From an uncultured delta proteobacterium (lineage in GTDB: Bacteria; Desulfobacterota; Desulfobacteria; Desulfobacterales; JAFDCJ01), in the NCBI GenBank assembly GCA_963769935.1, contig CAVYNY010000005.1, forward strand, positions 1 through 55,164: a stretch of 55,164 nt of DNA, in the 5' to 3' direction. Each line of letters begins with the position of its first letter. Position 1 is the stretch's first letter. The position numbers were made by a program, and so were the translations under genes. Positions 9,965 to 20,904 of this stretch are shown here, in pieces. A model generated the notes under the pieces. That model was not told the DNA's origin and made no database searches. It saw only the letters and a program-made list of their open reading frames with translations.

Positions 9965-10855
9965 TCACTTTTTTTCACCGACCGCCGCGATATAAATAGC
10001 TGATAGGATGAATAATCCCCCAACAAACTTCAGCCAGGTTAGTCCTTCGTTAAATATAAGGTAGGCCAGGATGGTGCTCCCGATAGGTTCTCCCAGTAAA
10101 GCCACCGCCACCAATGTGGTGCTGAACCATTTCAGCGCCCAGTTATAGCTGGAGTGTCCTACGATTTGCGATACCACAGCCATGGCCCAGAACGCCGCAA
10201 CCGTTTGGCTGCTGTAACCGGTAATCGGCAGGTTTAAAAAAAGAACGACGATCCAAAGGATGGCCGCCGCACTGCCGTAACAAACCGTCACATAGGCCAG
10301 CAGGGAAAGCTTGCGCCTCAGGTTGCGCCCCAGCAGAAGATAAATTGCGGCGCACACGGCGCCGGCAAGGGCCAGCAGATCTCCCCACAGGGCGTTGCCG
10401 CCGGCTGCGAAATCACCGAAACCGATTACGGCACCGCCGATCACACTGAGCACAATGCTAATGACGGTTGTCGGCTTTATGCGGTCGCTGGCAATCAAGG
10501 GCGTCAGCAAGCCGACCCAGAGGGGAATTGTATTGACCAGAACCACGCTGTTGGCAATCGCCGTGTAATCCAGCGAGGAAATCCAGGCAGCAAAATGCAG
10601 CGCCAGAAACAATCCGGACAGCATTGCCAGTTTAACATCCTGGAAAGATAATCTGCGCAATTCATCCCTTGCCTTCCAGCCGGCGGCGGGGATTAAGATC
10701 AGGGTCGCCAGTCCTACCCGATAGGCGGCGGTGACCAAAGCCGGTGCATCAGCCAGGCGCGCAAAGATCGAGCCGGTGGAGACACCGATAATGCCGATTA
10801 TCAGGACCAAATAGGAATTGCGAGGAAGCACGGAATCTAGTTGCTGAGAGGTCAT
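9965..10855 (-). CDS. DMT/EamA family transporter
   Basis: About 10 TM helices in two EamA repeats; GDLLAL, EPIG. Confidence 0.9.
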   Translation of the reverse strand: MTSQQLDSVLPRNSYLVLIIGIIGVSTGSIFARLADAPALVTAAYRVGLATLILIPAAGWKARDELRRLSFQDVKLAMLSGLFLALHFAAWISSLDYTAIANSVVLVNTIPLWVGLLTPLIASDRIKPTTVISIVLSVIGGAVIGFGDFAAGGNALWGDLLALAGAVCAAIYLLLGRNLRRKLSLLAYVTVCYGSAAAILWIVVLFLNLPITGYSSQTVAAFWAMAVVSQIVGHSSYNWALKWFSTTLVAVALLGEPIGSTILAYLIFNEGLTWLKFVGGLFILSAIYIAAVGEKK

Positions 10856-10925
10856 GGTCGCCGTTGGTCCGGTGAGTTTAAATCAAAATTGATTTTAATA
10901 ACGGGTGACAGGGGATGTTGTCAAT

Positions 10926-12977
10926 TTAGCTATTGTCCCCTGAATTCGGAGGTTCCCTGAAAAAGGCGGTGGGAGATGTCTCTTTGATATATTCTTTTAT
11001 TCCCAGAATGATGGCTTCACATAATCTCTCCTGGTATTGCGGCGTGATCAGTCTTTTGCATTCGCGTGGATTGCTGATGAAGGAGGTTTCGACCAATACG
11101 GCCGGCATCTGGGCCCCGAGCAGAACATAAAAAGGCGCCTGCTTGACCCCTTTGTCCTTAATGCGGCTGTAATGGTCGGCTTTCAGGTTTCTGACCAACG
11201 AACCCTGGATATAGCCGGCCAGACGACTGGACTCGTTAATTTTAGCATTCTGCATCAAATCAAAAAGAATTGTCTGAAGGTCACTGATGTTTTTGGTGGA
11301 CGTCGCATTTTCCATGGCCGCTACCCGTATTGCGTCATCGTCCGTTGCCAGGTTCAAGAAATAGGTTTCAATGCCGTACGCCCGGTTGTCATTATGGGAA
11401 TTGGTATGGATGGATATAAATAAATCCGCGTTTTTGGTATTGGCGATTGCCGTGCGCTCCTCCAGGGTTAAAAACTCGTCCCTGCTGCGCGTCAAAAACA
11501 CTTCACATTTTAATTCCTGACGAACCTTTCGGGCCAGTCGGCGGGCAATTTGAAGAACGATGTCTTTTTCATGAACGCCTTTTAAATAGCCGGGCGCACC
11601 GTAATCCCGGCCGCCGTGCCCCGGATCGATAATAATCCGGCTGACACCCAACGCCAATTGCTTGGCCAGCGCACTGACGGGAAGCTTGCCGCTTTTTTGC
11701 GATGAGACAATTGGAGGTGCCGGCACCGGCTTTCCATCGCCGGCTTCGCCCCAGACATCAAGCACGATACGAAAAGGATCCTTCAAGGAAAAAATTTTAT
11801 ACGTCTTAAATGACTTGATATCGACCACCACCCTGACCGAATCAGGGGTATATTGCCCCGCGCGGGCATTGGTCAACAAATCGTCGTTTATTGGGATGGA
11901 TTTTTTAATGTTATCCCCCAGGTGGGCGCCTTTCAAATCAATATACAGGCGTTGAGGCTTGTTGAGGGCCGGGTCCTTGCGCAGGAGGTTGTGATAATAC
12001 GTCGTCTCCTGACTGGCATCGATGACAACCCGGGTGTAATTCGGATTGGACCAGAAGCGCAGATTTTCCACTGTCCCCATGTCGCTGCTGAGCGGTCCGT
12101 TATTCGTCGCCCGGCTTTTTGTCCCGCCTGAAGAAGATTGCGTCCCGGGGTTAATTATTTTTGCCAGGCCGTCATCTTTGAGCGGCGAATTTTTTTGCAC
12201 CCATTGCGGCATTGCCTCGATGAGCAATTCCGCCTTGACCTTGAAGCGGCTGTCGGCAAAATTATCGATGACGCGCTCATACATTGTCTGGGCTGCCTGC
12301 AGATCGGATTTTCGACGCGAATGCTCATAAAGATCGGCATACAGTCTGCCGGTCATAAAAAGACCGGCTGCCGCCTGGGAGCCACCGGGGTTGTTGCGGT
12401 AAACGGCATAAAATTTATCGATGCACTGCAGCCAGTTTTCGCGGTATTTCACTTTAGCGGCGTTTTGCTGCAGATTACTGTAACAGGCTTCGGCGGCCTG
12501 GTATTCTTCGTCGGCCGAACCCGCCGAAGCCTGAACGGATATGGCTTGGCCGGGCTTTGGGTCCGCGTCTTGGGCTGCGGCAAAACCGTTTAGTTGCAGG
12601 GCGGCCTTGCTCCGGTAACGGCTCTCGGGGTACCGTTTGGTGATGCGTTCGTATATATCGCGGGATTCCTGCAGATCCGATTCCTTGCCGGAACGTTTTG
12701 CCAGCTCCTGGTATAAGATGCCGGATTTATAAAGGCCGACAGGCGCCCAGGGCCCGTTCGGATCCAGACGATAAACCTGCTGAAACTTTTCGATGCACCG
12801 CAGCCAGTTGTCGCGGTATTTCATCTTTGGGGGGGAATTGTGCAGCTGTCTCTGGCAAAGTTCTGCTTCGTGATAGGCCGCTTTCGGCGTCATCGCCTCG
12901 GATGGCGCGCTGAGCAAAAGGCTGATGCAGATACCGATCAATAGCGCAGGTAACAGGTTGGCTTTTTTGTGAGGCAT
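10926..12977 (-). CDS. N-acetylmuramoyl-L-alanine amidase (signal peptide, two TPR-like modules, AMIN, Amidase_3)
   Basis: IIIDPGHGG, EKD, LFISIHTN, VLVETSFISN; AMIN-like YTRVVID and PFRIVLD. Confidence 0.93.
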   Translation of the reverse strand: MPHKKANLLPALLIGICISLLLSAPSEAMTPKAAYHEAELCQRQLHNSPPKMKYRDNWLRCIEKFQQVYRLDPNGPWAPVGLYKSGILYQELAKRSGKESDLQESRDIYERITKRYPESRYRSKAALQLNGFAAAQDADPKPGQAISVQASAGSADEEYQAAEACYSNLQQNAAKVKYRENWLQCIDKFYAVYRNNPGGSQAAAGLFMTGRLYADLYEHSRRKSDLQAAQTMYERVIDNFADSRFKVKAELLIEAMPQWVQKNSPLKDDGLAKIINPGTQSSSGGTKSRATNNGPLSSDMGTVENLRFWSNPNYTRVVIDASQETTYYHNLLRKDPALNKPQRLYIDLKGAHLGDNIKKSIPINDDLLTNARAGQYTPDSVRVVVDIKSFKTYKIFSLKDPFRIVLDVWGEAGDGKPVPAPPIVSSQKSGKLPVSALAKQLALGVSRIIIDPGHGGRDYGAPGYLKGVHEKDIVLQIARRLARKVRQELKCEVFLTRSRDEFLTLEERTAIANTKNADLFISIHTNSHNDNRAYGIETYFLNLATDDDAIRVAAMENATSTKNISDLQTILFDLMQNAKINESSRLAGYIQGSLVRNLKADHYSRIKDKGVKQAPFYVLLGAQMPAVLVETSFISNPRECKRLITPQYQERLCEAIILGIKEYIKETSPTAFFREPPNSGDNS

Positions 12978-13277
12978 ATTATAATCGTTATGTCGGTTGG
13001 CTGTGGTCTGTTGTCAGTTTTTGAAGGATCTAAATACCTAAATTCAAAACGCCTGTGCCTAAACTAGTGCCTATAATAGCAGATTTATCTGAAAGTTCCA
13101 AACTCTAAAGTATTGTGTCCCGGGGCAACATCGAAGCAAATTTTCAGCCGGCTCATCAGAAGGATGTGTAAGACAATAAAATTCCAAACCTCAAGCGCCA
13201 AATTCCAAATAAATACGAAATTACAATATTCAATCAGCAAAACCTTCCCGGCGGCTCTATCATTTCGCTTCATAAAT

Positions 13278-15902
13278 TCAGGGCTTTTTCCTCGCCTCTT
13301 CCTGCAGTTCATTTAAAAAATTTAAAGCATCCAGGGGGGTCATGCGCGAGATATCGGCCTGATTCAGCTTTTCGACAATCCTGCTTTCGGGTTTGTGGAA
13401 AAGATCCAGCTGCACCGGTCCGTGTCTGGCCTTTTCATCCATGATTCCGCGCTTGGCGACGCCACCGCCTTCGAATTCTCCCTGTTCAATACTGCAGAGG
13501 ATTTTTTTGGCGCGTTTGATCACCCGCTCCGGGATGCCGGCCAGCCGCGCCACCTGGATGCCGTAGCTCCGGTTGGTCCCGCCTTCAACCAGCTTGCGCA
13601 AAAAAATGATTTCATCATTCCATTCTTTGACGGCAATATTAAAATTTTTGACCCTTGGTTTGATTTGGGCAAGCTCCGTTAATTCGTGGTAATGCGTTGC
13701 GAAAAGCGTCTTGACGCCCATGTTCTTTAAATCGTGCAGATATTCGGCCACCGCCCAGGCAATACTGAGACCGTCAAAGGTACTGGTCCCCCGGCCGATC
13801 TCATCCATGATCACCAGGCTGTTTTCGGTGGCGTTATTTAAAATGTTGGCGGTTTCCTGCATTTCCACCATGAACGTGCTCTGCCCGTGGGAGAGATTGT
13901 CCAGGGCGCCGACCCGGGTAAATATCCGGTCCGTTATGCTTATTTTTGCTTTGGCGGCGGGTATAAATGCGCCCATCTGTGCCATCACCACCATCAAAGC
14001 CACCTGGCGCAATACGGTTGATTTGCCGGCCATGTTCGGGCCGGTTATAATTAAAATCTGGTTTTCCTGATTGTCCAGCTTAATGGTGTTGGGAACAAAA
14101 CGCTCTCCGCTGATCATCTTTTCCACCACCGGATGGCGGCCGTCTTCGATTATTATGCTGCCATCGGTAGCCATGACGGGCCGGCAGTAATTATTTTGGT
14201 CGGCGATTTCGGCCAGGTTGGTCAGACAATCGAGGCGGGCTAAAAACAGGGCGACATCCTGAATGCGCCGGTTGTTTTCGGCAACTTCTTCCCGAATTTC
14301 GCTAAACAATTCATATTCGAGCGCCGCTCGTCGATCTTCCGCGCCGAACACCTTCATTTCAAAAGACTTAAGCTCATCGGTGATGTAGCGTTCGGCATTG
14401 ACCAGCGTCTGTTTGCGGACATAGTTTTCCGGAACAGCCGCCGAGCGGCTTTTGGGAACTTCAATGTAGTAACCAAACACTTTATTGAATCGCACTTTAA
14501 GGGTGCTGATTCCGGTCGTATCCTTTTCGCGGACCTCCAGTCGGGCCAGCCAGCCTTTCGCGTCCCGGCTTATTTGCACCAGTTCGTCCAGTTCTTCATT
14601 GTAACCGGTTTTGATGATGCCCCCTTCAATAATGGTAGGCGGTGCGTCCTCTCGGATCGATCGGTCAATGAGCCCGGCTAGTTCATTGAGCCTGTCAAGC
14701 TCCCCCCGGACCCGAAACAATTGGGATTTCAGTTCCGACAGGAATGACCACAAATCCGGTAACATCACCAGGGAGTCTTTCAGCGCCGTCAGATCGCGCG
14801 CATTGGCATGTCCCATAACAATTTTGCTGCCGATTCGCTCAATGTCCGAGACTGATTTTAATTTCTCACGAATGGCGCGGCGGATTTGAAGGTTGGCTTT
14901 TACTTCTTCAACTGCATCGTGCCGCAGACGAATTTCCTCCAGATCAATCAGCGGATAGCGCATCCAGTTGGCCAGCAGCCGCGCCCCCATGGCCGTGGCG
15001 GTATGGTCGAGGATGCCAAGCAGCGTTCCCCGCCGCGATCCGGTGCGAATATTTCTGGCCAATTCCAGATTTTGGCGACTTAATTCATCTACCAGCAGGT
15101 AGCTGTCCAACCAGTAGGTTTCGATGCCGGTCAGATGCGCCAGCTTTTGCTTCTGGGTTTCGCCGACATAAAAAATAATCGCTCCGGCGGCGCAGATGCC
15201 GGCTTGCAGTGTCTCACAACCGAATCCTTCCAAAGAAATGGTTTTGAATTGATCGGTCAGCCTCTCATAGCCGCTTCGGCGGTCGAAAGCACGCTTATCC
15301 AGATAGGATTTTGCAATTTCCGCCAGGATCGCCTTAAATGGAAAATACACCGGGTCATTCTCAGCCGATGCGGGCAGAAGTACTTCCTTGGGTGCAATGC
15401 GCTGAATCTCCTGCGCGATGATGGTTGAATCCCTGGATTCGGTTACCCGGAAAGTGCCGGTCGAGATATCCAGGTAGGCAATCCCGCTGTAGTCTTCTTG
15501 GCAAGCGACAGCCAGCACGTAATTGTTGGATCGCTCATCCAATAATTCATTTTCGATCACCATTCCGGGTGTTATTACCCGAACCACATCCCTTTTCACC
15601 AGACCCTTGGCTTTGGCCGGGTCTTCGATCTGGTCGCAAACGGCCACCTTGTAGCCATTGTCGATCAATCGGGCGATATAACTTCGGGCCGCGCGATGCG
15701 GAACACCGCACATCGGAACGGCCGAATCGTCATTTTTATTGCGTGAAGTTAAGGTGATTTCGAGGACCCGGGATGCCAGCTGGGCATCTTCAAAAAACAT
15801 TTCGTAGAAATCGCCCATCCGGTAGAACAGGATCGCATCAGGATACTGCTCCTTGATGGACAAGTACTGTTTTATCATCGGAGTGGATTTGGCAGGACTC
15901 AT
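13278..15902 (-). CDS. mutS: DNA mismatch repair protein MutS
   Basis: TPMIKQY, GDFYEMF, TGPNMAGKST, STFMVEM, DEIGRGTST, FATHYHEL. Confidence 0.98.
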   Translation of the reverse strand: MSPAKSTPMIKQYLSIKEQYPDAILFYRMGDFYEMFFEDAQLASRVLEITLTSRNKNDDSAVPMCGVPHRAARSYIARLIDNGYKVAVCDQIEDPAKAKGLVKRDVVRVITPGMVIENELLDERSNNYVLAVACQEDYSGIAYLDISTGTFRVTESRDSTIIAQEIQRIAPKEVLLPASAENDPVYFPFKAILAEIAKSYLDKRAFDRRSGYERLTDQFKTISLEGFGCETLQAGICAAGAIIFYVGETQKQKLAHLTGIETYWLDSYLLVDELSRQNLELARNIRTGSRRGTLLGILDHTATAMGARLLANWMRYPLIDLEEIRLRHDAVEEVKANLQIRRAIREKLKSVSDIERIGSKIVMGHANARDLTALKDSLVMLPDLWSFLSELKSQLFRVRGELDRLNELAGLIDRSIREDAPPTIIEGGIIKTGYNEELDELVQISRDAKGWLARLEVREKDTTGISTLKVRFNKVFGYYIEVPKSRSAAVPENYVRKQTLVNAERYITDELKSFEMKVFGAEDRRAALEYELFSEIREEVAENNRRIQDVALFLARLDCLTNLAEIADQNNYCRPVMATDGSIIIEDGRHPVVEKMISGERFVPNTIKLDNQENQILIITGPNMAGKSTVLRQVALMVVMAQMGAFIPAAKAKISITDRIFTRVGALDNLSHGQSTFMVEMQETANILNNATENSLVIMDEIGRGTSTFDGLSIAWAVAEYLHDLKNMGVKTLFATHYHELTELAQIKPRVKNFNIAVKEWNDEIIFLRKLVEGGTNRSYGIQVARLAGIPERVIKRAKKILCSIEQGEFEGGGVAKRGIMDEKARHGPVQLDLFHKPESRIVEKLNQADISRMTPLDALNFLNELQEEARKKP

Positions 15903-16027
15903 AGATTTATTGGGGAACTAAACACCGAGCTCAGCGGCTGCGCCGAGTCGGCCTCCGGTCCGCAGAATTCAACGTCCGGAGATAATATTGGATTTTTTAT
16001 ATTGTTCAGCTGGGGAGATTCAGGCAA

Positions 16028-16528
16028 TTATTGAATCTTTTCTTTCGATTTTTCCTCTGTATTTTCGTTGCCGTTCGACTCCTGGCTGTCAACGTCATAT
16101 TCCAGCGTTTTATCGGCATGTTTTTCATCGGTAATTATTTGGGTTGCATCCATGTTGATTTTAACGGTGTCGGCTTGATCTTCCACCGGAGGCTCTATAC
16201 CCTTTAACGTATTAATTTCGCGTCTTAACTCGGACAATTCACCGTTGTGAGCCGAGAGGGCGGCATTGAGTTTTTTGATGGTGCGTTTGGCTTTGAAGCG
16301 GGCTGGGAAATTAAACAGATAGGCGATGAGCAGACCGGCGAAAAAGAAAATTAGAGATAAAATGGCATTGGGCAGTTCCGGCGAATGATACTCCTCAAAG
16401 ACACCCAGATTGAGGCGCAGGGTTTGCTTGGCTAGAAAAAAGGCCTGATTTTGAAAAATCACCAGTGCAATAAATCCGAAAATAATCACCCAGATAATCA
16501 TCGTGGCTTTCTTCATAGATATCTCCAT
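16028..16528 (-). CDS. LapA-family membrane protein
   Basis: TM-FQNQ-TM followed by a coiled coil. Confidence 0.7.
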   Translation of the reverse strand: MEISMKKATMIIWVIIFGFIALVIFQNQAFFLAKQTLRLNLGVFEEYHSPELPNAILSLIFFFAGLLIAYLFNFPARFKAKRTIKKLNAALSAHNGELSELRREINTLKGIEPPVEDQADTVKINMDATQIITDEKHADKTLEYDVDSQESNGNENTEEKSKEKIQ

Positions 16529-16533
16529 TGGTT

Positions 16534-17019
16534 TTATACAGTTAAATTCAGGGTGTCAAAGTGTGGTTTTAAATTATCGTAGGTAGACTTCAGATGCTCC
16601 GGAATGACTCGGACGTCAGCCAAGACGGTGAGTGCATTCGTGTCACCGAACCACCTGGGAACGATATGAAAATGAAGATGTTCTTCCACCCCTGCCCCGG
16701 CAACTTTGCCCAGATTAAGTCCGACGTTGAATCCATCGGGTCGCATGACGCGTTTCAGGACATCCACCGACCGTTCGATAGTGGCCAGCAGCTCACCCAT
16801 TTCGTACTTGCTCAATTCTTCCAGCCCGGACAGGTGCCTGACCGGCGCTACCAGAAGATGACCGTTGATATAGGGAAATTTATTCATCATCACCATGGTG
16901 TCATTTCCCTTAAACAGGGTCAAATCATCAGTTTTCGAAAGGGCGTCACAAAAAACGCATCCGTCTTGCTTATCGGCCAGAATGTAATCCATCCGCCATG
17001 GGGCCCACATCGTCTTCAT
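16534..17019 (-). CDS. HIT family hydrolase
   Basis: WAPWRM, CVFC, NKFPY, HLHFHIVPRW. Confidence 0.94.
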   Translation of the reverse strand: MKTMWAPWRMDYILADKQDGCVFCDALSKTDDLTLFKGNDTMVMMNKFPYINGHLLVAPVRHLSGLEELSKYEMGELLATIERSVDVLKRVMRPDGFNVGLNLGKVAGAGVEEHLHFHIVPRWFGDTNALTVLADVRVIPEHLKSTYDNLKPHFDTLNLTV

Positions 17020-17121
17020 ATTCCGGCAACCTTTCCATTATTCCAGTTCGATGGATTCGCTATGGTAGTCGGTTTATCAATACTTGATTATGACCCAACT
17101 TACGCTGTTTACGACGAAAAC

Positions 17122-17859
17122 TCAACCTTTTTTTCCTTTCAGCGGGAGAACTTCCAGATCACCCCAGATACCGATTTTGTCACCGGCAATAATTACGATG
17201 CCCCCTATTTTATCGATTTTCTTACCGGCGGTGATGGCATCATTGATATTGGCCGGCGACTGCACCAGGTTTCCGATGGCGGTTGCGGCGGCATCCGCCG
17301 CAGCACATGAATCGGCGATGACGCAGACGGCATCCGCTTTGCCAAAACTCAAAGAGTGGCCCACAGTGCCTGATGACGTACACACGGCCACCGGCTGTTG
17401 CCCACAACGCACCCGAATGCCGAGCTGCATGCTTAACGGCGATTGGCCGGCCAGAATTCCCACCGTCACCGGCACGTCTGTTTTTATGAAAACATCGCCG
17501 CCGTTTTCCACAATGACCTGGTTTGTAATTCTCAAAAGCCCCAGCCCTACGTGTTCGGCAATGGCCCCTGCCACGGCGGCCATTGGTCCAACACCGGCAT
17601 TTGTTCCGGCATTGACCATATCCACGACAATTTTCGGCGCGGGGCCGTCAAGGCGCCAGGGATTGAGCGCTGCTGTAAAATCCGGATGGGTCATGATAAA
17701 TGCTTCCACATAGCCCCGATGCTCCAGCACCAGCTCTCTGGTTTCCGCCCTCAGTTTTCGCTCGGCATGCACCAGCAGATCGGTTTCTTTTACTACGACC
17801 TGAAAGTTTTTCAGCTTGGCGGTATTCACTAAATTTCGGTAGGTACGTTCTGTGTACAT
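17122..17859 (-). CDS. UPF0280 (ApbE-like) protein
   Basis: VKETDL, VGPMAAVAGAIA, ENGGD, CTSSGTVGHSLSFG, ADAAATA. Confidence 0.9.
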   Translation of the reverse strand: MYTERTYRNLVNTAKLKNFQVVVKETDLLVHAERKLRAETRELVLEHRGYVEAFIMTHPDFTAALNPWRLDGPAPKIVVDMVNAGTNAGVGPMAAVAGAIAEHVGLGLLRITNQVIVENGGDVFIKTDVPVTVGILAGQSPLSMQLGIRVRCGQQPVAVCTSSGTVGHSLSFGKADAVCVIADSCAAADAAATAIGNLVQSPANINDAITAGKKIDKIGGIVIIAGDKIGIWGDLEVLPLKGKKG

Positions 17860-17993
17860 CTTATCTGCCGGTGTAAATCGGTGATTAACTGATGCTAAAT
17901 CTCAAGATAAATCCCCCAACCTTTTTAAATAACTGTAATTTATACGTGAATATTTACTCGAAATAATATGATGACGATGGTCTGCTTCACCAG

Positions 17994-19172
17994 CTAGACA
18001 GCTTCTATATGAGGTCTTAAGGATTCCGGGCATTGATCCAAAAAATACTGGTCGGTCATGCCGGAAATAAAGTCTCTGACAATCTCTGCCGGCGCATGCT
18101 GCCGGATATACTCCGGCGTCATGTCTTCCAAAAATTGGCGGAAAATTACGGACGATTTACGTTGTTTCTGTAAATCATCCAGAAACTTCTCGAAAAGCAT
18201 CTCAAACAGGTTTTTTATGCGATGCCTGTGCCGCTTTATTTTAGGATTCAGATAAATGCGCTCCAGGTTGAATGCCTTGAGCCGGATCAGGGCCGCGGAC
18301 ACTTCCCCGCTGAAGGCAATATAGGACTTCTGATAACTGTTGAGAATGATATCCGTAACCAGGTTGAACACGATCGTACCGTTGGTATCTCCCAGAACAC
18401 TGGCGCTGCTGTGCGGCAAATCCGATCGCTTGATGAGTCCAAGCCGAATGGCGTCCTCGATGTCCCGGCCGATATAACTGACCGTATCGGCCATCCTTAC
18501 CAGACACCCTTCTAAAGTCATGGGGATGAGTTCGGTGGTGGGATTGCGCCTTTTGGCGGCGATCTGCGCATCCATTTTGGCAAATGTCTGATCAGCTGCC
18601 GGCCGCAATCGATCATTGTGCAGTTCTCCATCGTGGCACAGTACTCCATCCAGGGTTTGAAGACACAGATTCCACCCTTTGCCTTTGCGTTCAACCTTTT
18701 CAAGGAATTGAACACTCTGCAGGTTGTGTTGAAAAAATCCAATGCTGTTTTTTCGGCAGATCTCCGAAAGAAAACGTTCACCGTCATGTCCGAAGGGCGC
18801 ATGGCCGATATCATGCCCCAGCGCGATGGCTTCGATCAGGTCTTCGTTGAGCCCCAGGAAACGACCGATGGTTCTGGCCACTTTCGAAACCAACTGCACA
18901 TGCAGCACACGATGCGTGATGTGGTCGTTTTTCACCAGATAAAACACCTGGGTTTTGTCGATGTAACGGGCATAGGCCAGGGAATGCAGAATTCGATCCA
19001 CGTCAACCGAGTACGCCTGGCGGTAACCGGAGTCAAGGCGTTCATCAGGCTTCCGTCGGATGCCCTGGGCATTTTTTGCCGCCAGGGGTGACAGTTTTTC
19101 GGCTTCCTGCCGATTTAAAAACGCCTTCAGTTTAACCAGGGATTGCGCTTTGTCATATTTCTTCATTTTCAA
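17994..19172 (-). CDS. HD-domain dGTP triphosphohydrolase-like protein
   Basis: DRILHS, KTQVF, HITHRVLH, GHDIGHAPFGHDGE, DFISGMTD. Confidence 0.88.
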   Translation of the reverse strand: MKMKKYDKAQSLVKLKAFLNRQEAEKLSPLAAKNAQGIRRKPDERLDSGYRQAYSVDVDRILHSLAYARYIDKTQVFYLVKNDHITHRVLHVQLVSKVARTIGRFLGLNEDLIEAIALGHDIGHAPFGHDGERFLSEICRKNSIGFFQHNLQSVQFLEKVERKGKGWNLCLQTLDGVLCHDGELHNDRLRPAADQTFAKMDAQIAAKRRNPTTELIPMTLEGCLVRMADTVSYIGRDIEDAIRLGLIKRSDLPHSSASVLGDTNGTIVFNLVTDIILNSYQKSYIAFSGEVSAALIRLKAFNLERIYLNPKIKRHRHRIKNLFEMLFEKFLDDLQKQRKSSVIFRQFLEDMTPEYIRQHAPAEIVRDFISGMTDQYFLDQCPESLRPHIEAV

Positions 19173-19938
19173 TCATCTCTTCCATCAATCCAACATAGTC
19201 AATGCCGGCCTGTCGGAATCCTTCCCTGCCGTATTTCATGTTTGCTTCGATCACGTAGAAATCATTCCGGTACCGGCAGATATCGATTCCAACATCGTCC
19301 CAACGGCAGGACCGCGCGGTGTGCAAGGCCAGATCAAGGGCTTGCGAGGGCACGGCGTTCAGGCTGACCGTGCCGCCGACGGCAATGTTGGAGCGAAACT
19401 CATTTTCGGGTGCAATGCGCCAGTAGGCATGTACAACCCGGTCGCCTATCACAATGACACGGATATCCCGATCCACCGGCAGATACTCCTGGATATATGC
19501 GACATCCGTGAGCTTAAAATAATCCGCCAGCTGGTTTTCATGCCGGATGAGAAAGACTCCGCGTCCCATGGCCGAGCCGCGCGGAATTTTCGCCACAAAT
19601 GGAAACGTGAAATGCCCGGTAATGCAATTTTTCTGCCGTTTCCCGTAGTAAACGTGGGTGCGCGGGTGGGCAATTTTAAGCAGCTCAAACAGGGCTGTCT
19701 GTTTGATTTTGTCTTGCACGCATTTGTAAGTGTGATAGCTGGGGAAAGTGGGTTTGCCCATGGTATCGAATAGATCCGCATAAAACGGTGAAGGGTAATA
19801 GATCTTCCCTGCGCTGCGAATCAATGCCGCCTCCCGGGGGCTGTAATCTGAAAAATTGGTTCGAACGCCGAGAGTGATAACATTTTTGCAATCCCGGAGG
19901 CGGCCTTCGAGGGCGATGGCTTTGATATCAGGGTTCAT
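19153..19938 (-). CDS. RimK-like ATP-grasp ligase
   Basis: FPFVAK, GRGVFL, YIQEYL, DIRVIVIG, FRSNIAVGG, VGIDI, IEAN. Confidence 0.88.
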   Translation of the reverse strand: MNPDIKAIALEGRLRDCKNVITLGVRTNFSDYSPREAALIRSAGKIYYPSPFYADLFDTMGKPTFPSYHTYKCVQDKIKQTALFELLKIAHPRTHVYYGKRQKNCITGHFTFPFVAKIPRGSAMGRGVFLIRHENQLADYFKLTDVAYIQEYLPVDRDIRVIVIGDRVVHAYWRIAPENEFRSNIAVGGTVSLNAVPSQALDLALHTARSCRWDDVGIDICRYRNDFYVIEANMKYGREGFRQAGIDYVGLMEEMIENEEI

Positions 19939-20337
19939 GGTAACAATTAAGATTTTAATTTAAGGTTTCAGGTTTCACGGTGTCAGTCTATTCTCTATCG
20001 CTAGCGGCGGTGTTTGCCCACCTCGGAAACTTGGCACAAATCAAAATCTCAAATTCCAAATCACAAATCTCAAATAAACTACAATTACCAAAATTCAAAA
20101 TTCCAAACGGGATTTTATCTTTTTTAGCCATCGCTTCAGATAAATAAGCAATGCTTCTATCGCCAAAATACGAAATAATAAGACAGCTAGATTTTCTTGA
20201 TTTAACCGGTTTCGATCATTGATTATTGGGATTTGGAATTTATTTGTTTTTTGGTGCTTGTAATTTGGAATTGAAACCATTCCGGCTCCTGAACACTGAA
20301 ACCCCTTAAACGCAGCGCTTGGCCGTTTGATCAAGAC

Positions 20338-20796
20338 CTAATCGAAAAGCTGCTTAATCCTCTCCGCAGCCCGCTCGGTATGGCTCCCCCGCCAAAATAT
20401 TCGTTTGCATTGTCGACACATGCTGAAATTGTCATGAGTTTCCCAGATGTAATCGGGGACCAGGCCGTACACAGTATCTTTGGCGATATCAATTATAGGG
20501 GAATTGCATTCAATGCACCTTGAAAATGGACGGATATCGTTAGAGGTGATCGCCAACTCATCGATAACCTGGATGAGCTGTTCAAACAATTGGTCGTCTT
20601 CAATGAAAACCAGTCTGTGCCCGGCGTACCGGTTGCGAATTTTTCCTGTTCGCGTCAACAGGACCCGCATTTCATCCAAATGCCCATAAAACCAATTGCT
20701 GGAGACATCCGACTCATAGATGGTATCAAACCCCATTAGGCGCAGCCACTTGGCCAGCCTACCCAAGGTTCTGTCTGCGGCGAAACTGAGATCCAT
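20338..20796 (-). CDS. Mut7-C RNase domain (DUF82, PIN-like with Zn ribbon) protein
   Basis: FAADRTLGRLAKWLRLMGFD, RCIECN, CRQCKRIFWRGSH. Confidence 0.9.
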   Translation of the reverse strand: MDLSFAADRTLGRLAKWLRLMGFDTIYESDVSSNWFYGHLDEMRVLLTRTGKIRNRYAGHRLVFIEDDQLFEQLIQVIDELAITSNDIRPFSRCIECNSPIIDIAKDTVYGLVPDYIWETHDNFSMCRQCKRIFWRGSHTERAAERIKQLFD

Positions 20797-20904
20797 GATT
20801 TAATATGAAACTTCACATGTTCGGAACAGTGAACAGATTGAACGTCGAACATCGAACGACCAATATCCATGGCGCTGTGCTTTATCCAATTATATATTTA
20901 ATTA

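Noticed and set aside
20095..20334. Short ORFs over intergenic heptad repeats (also 13085-13316, 23900-24162, 47287-47481, 48268-48533)
   Set aside because: They are translations of repeat DNA with no protein features.
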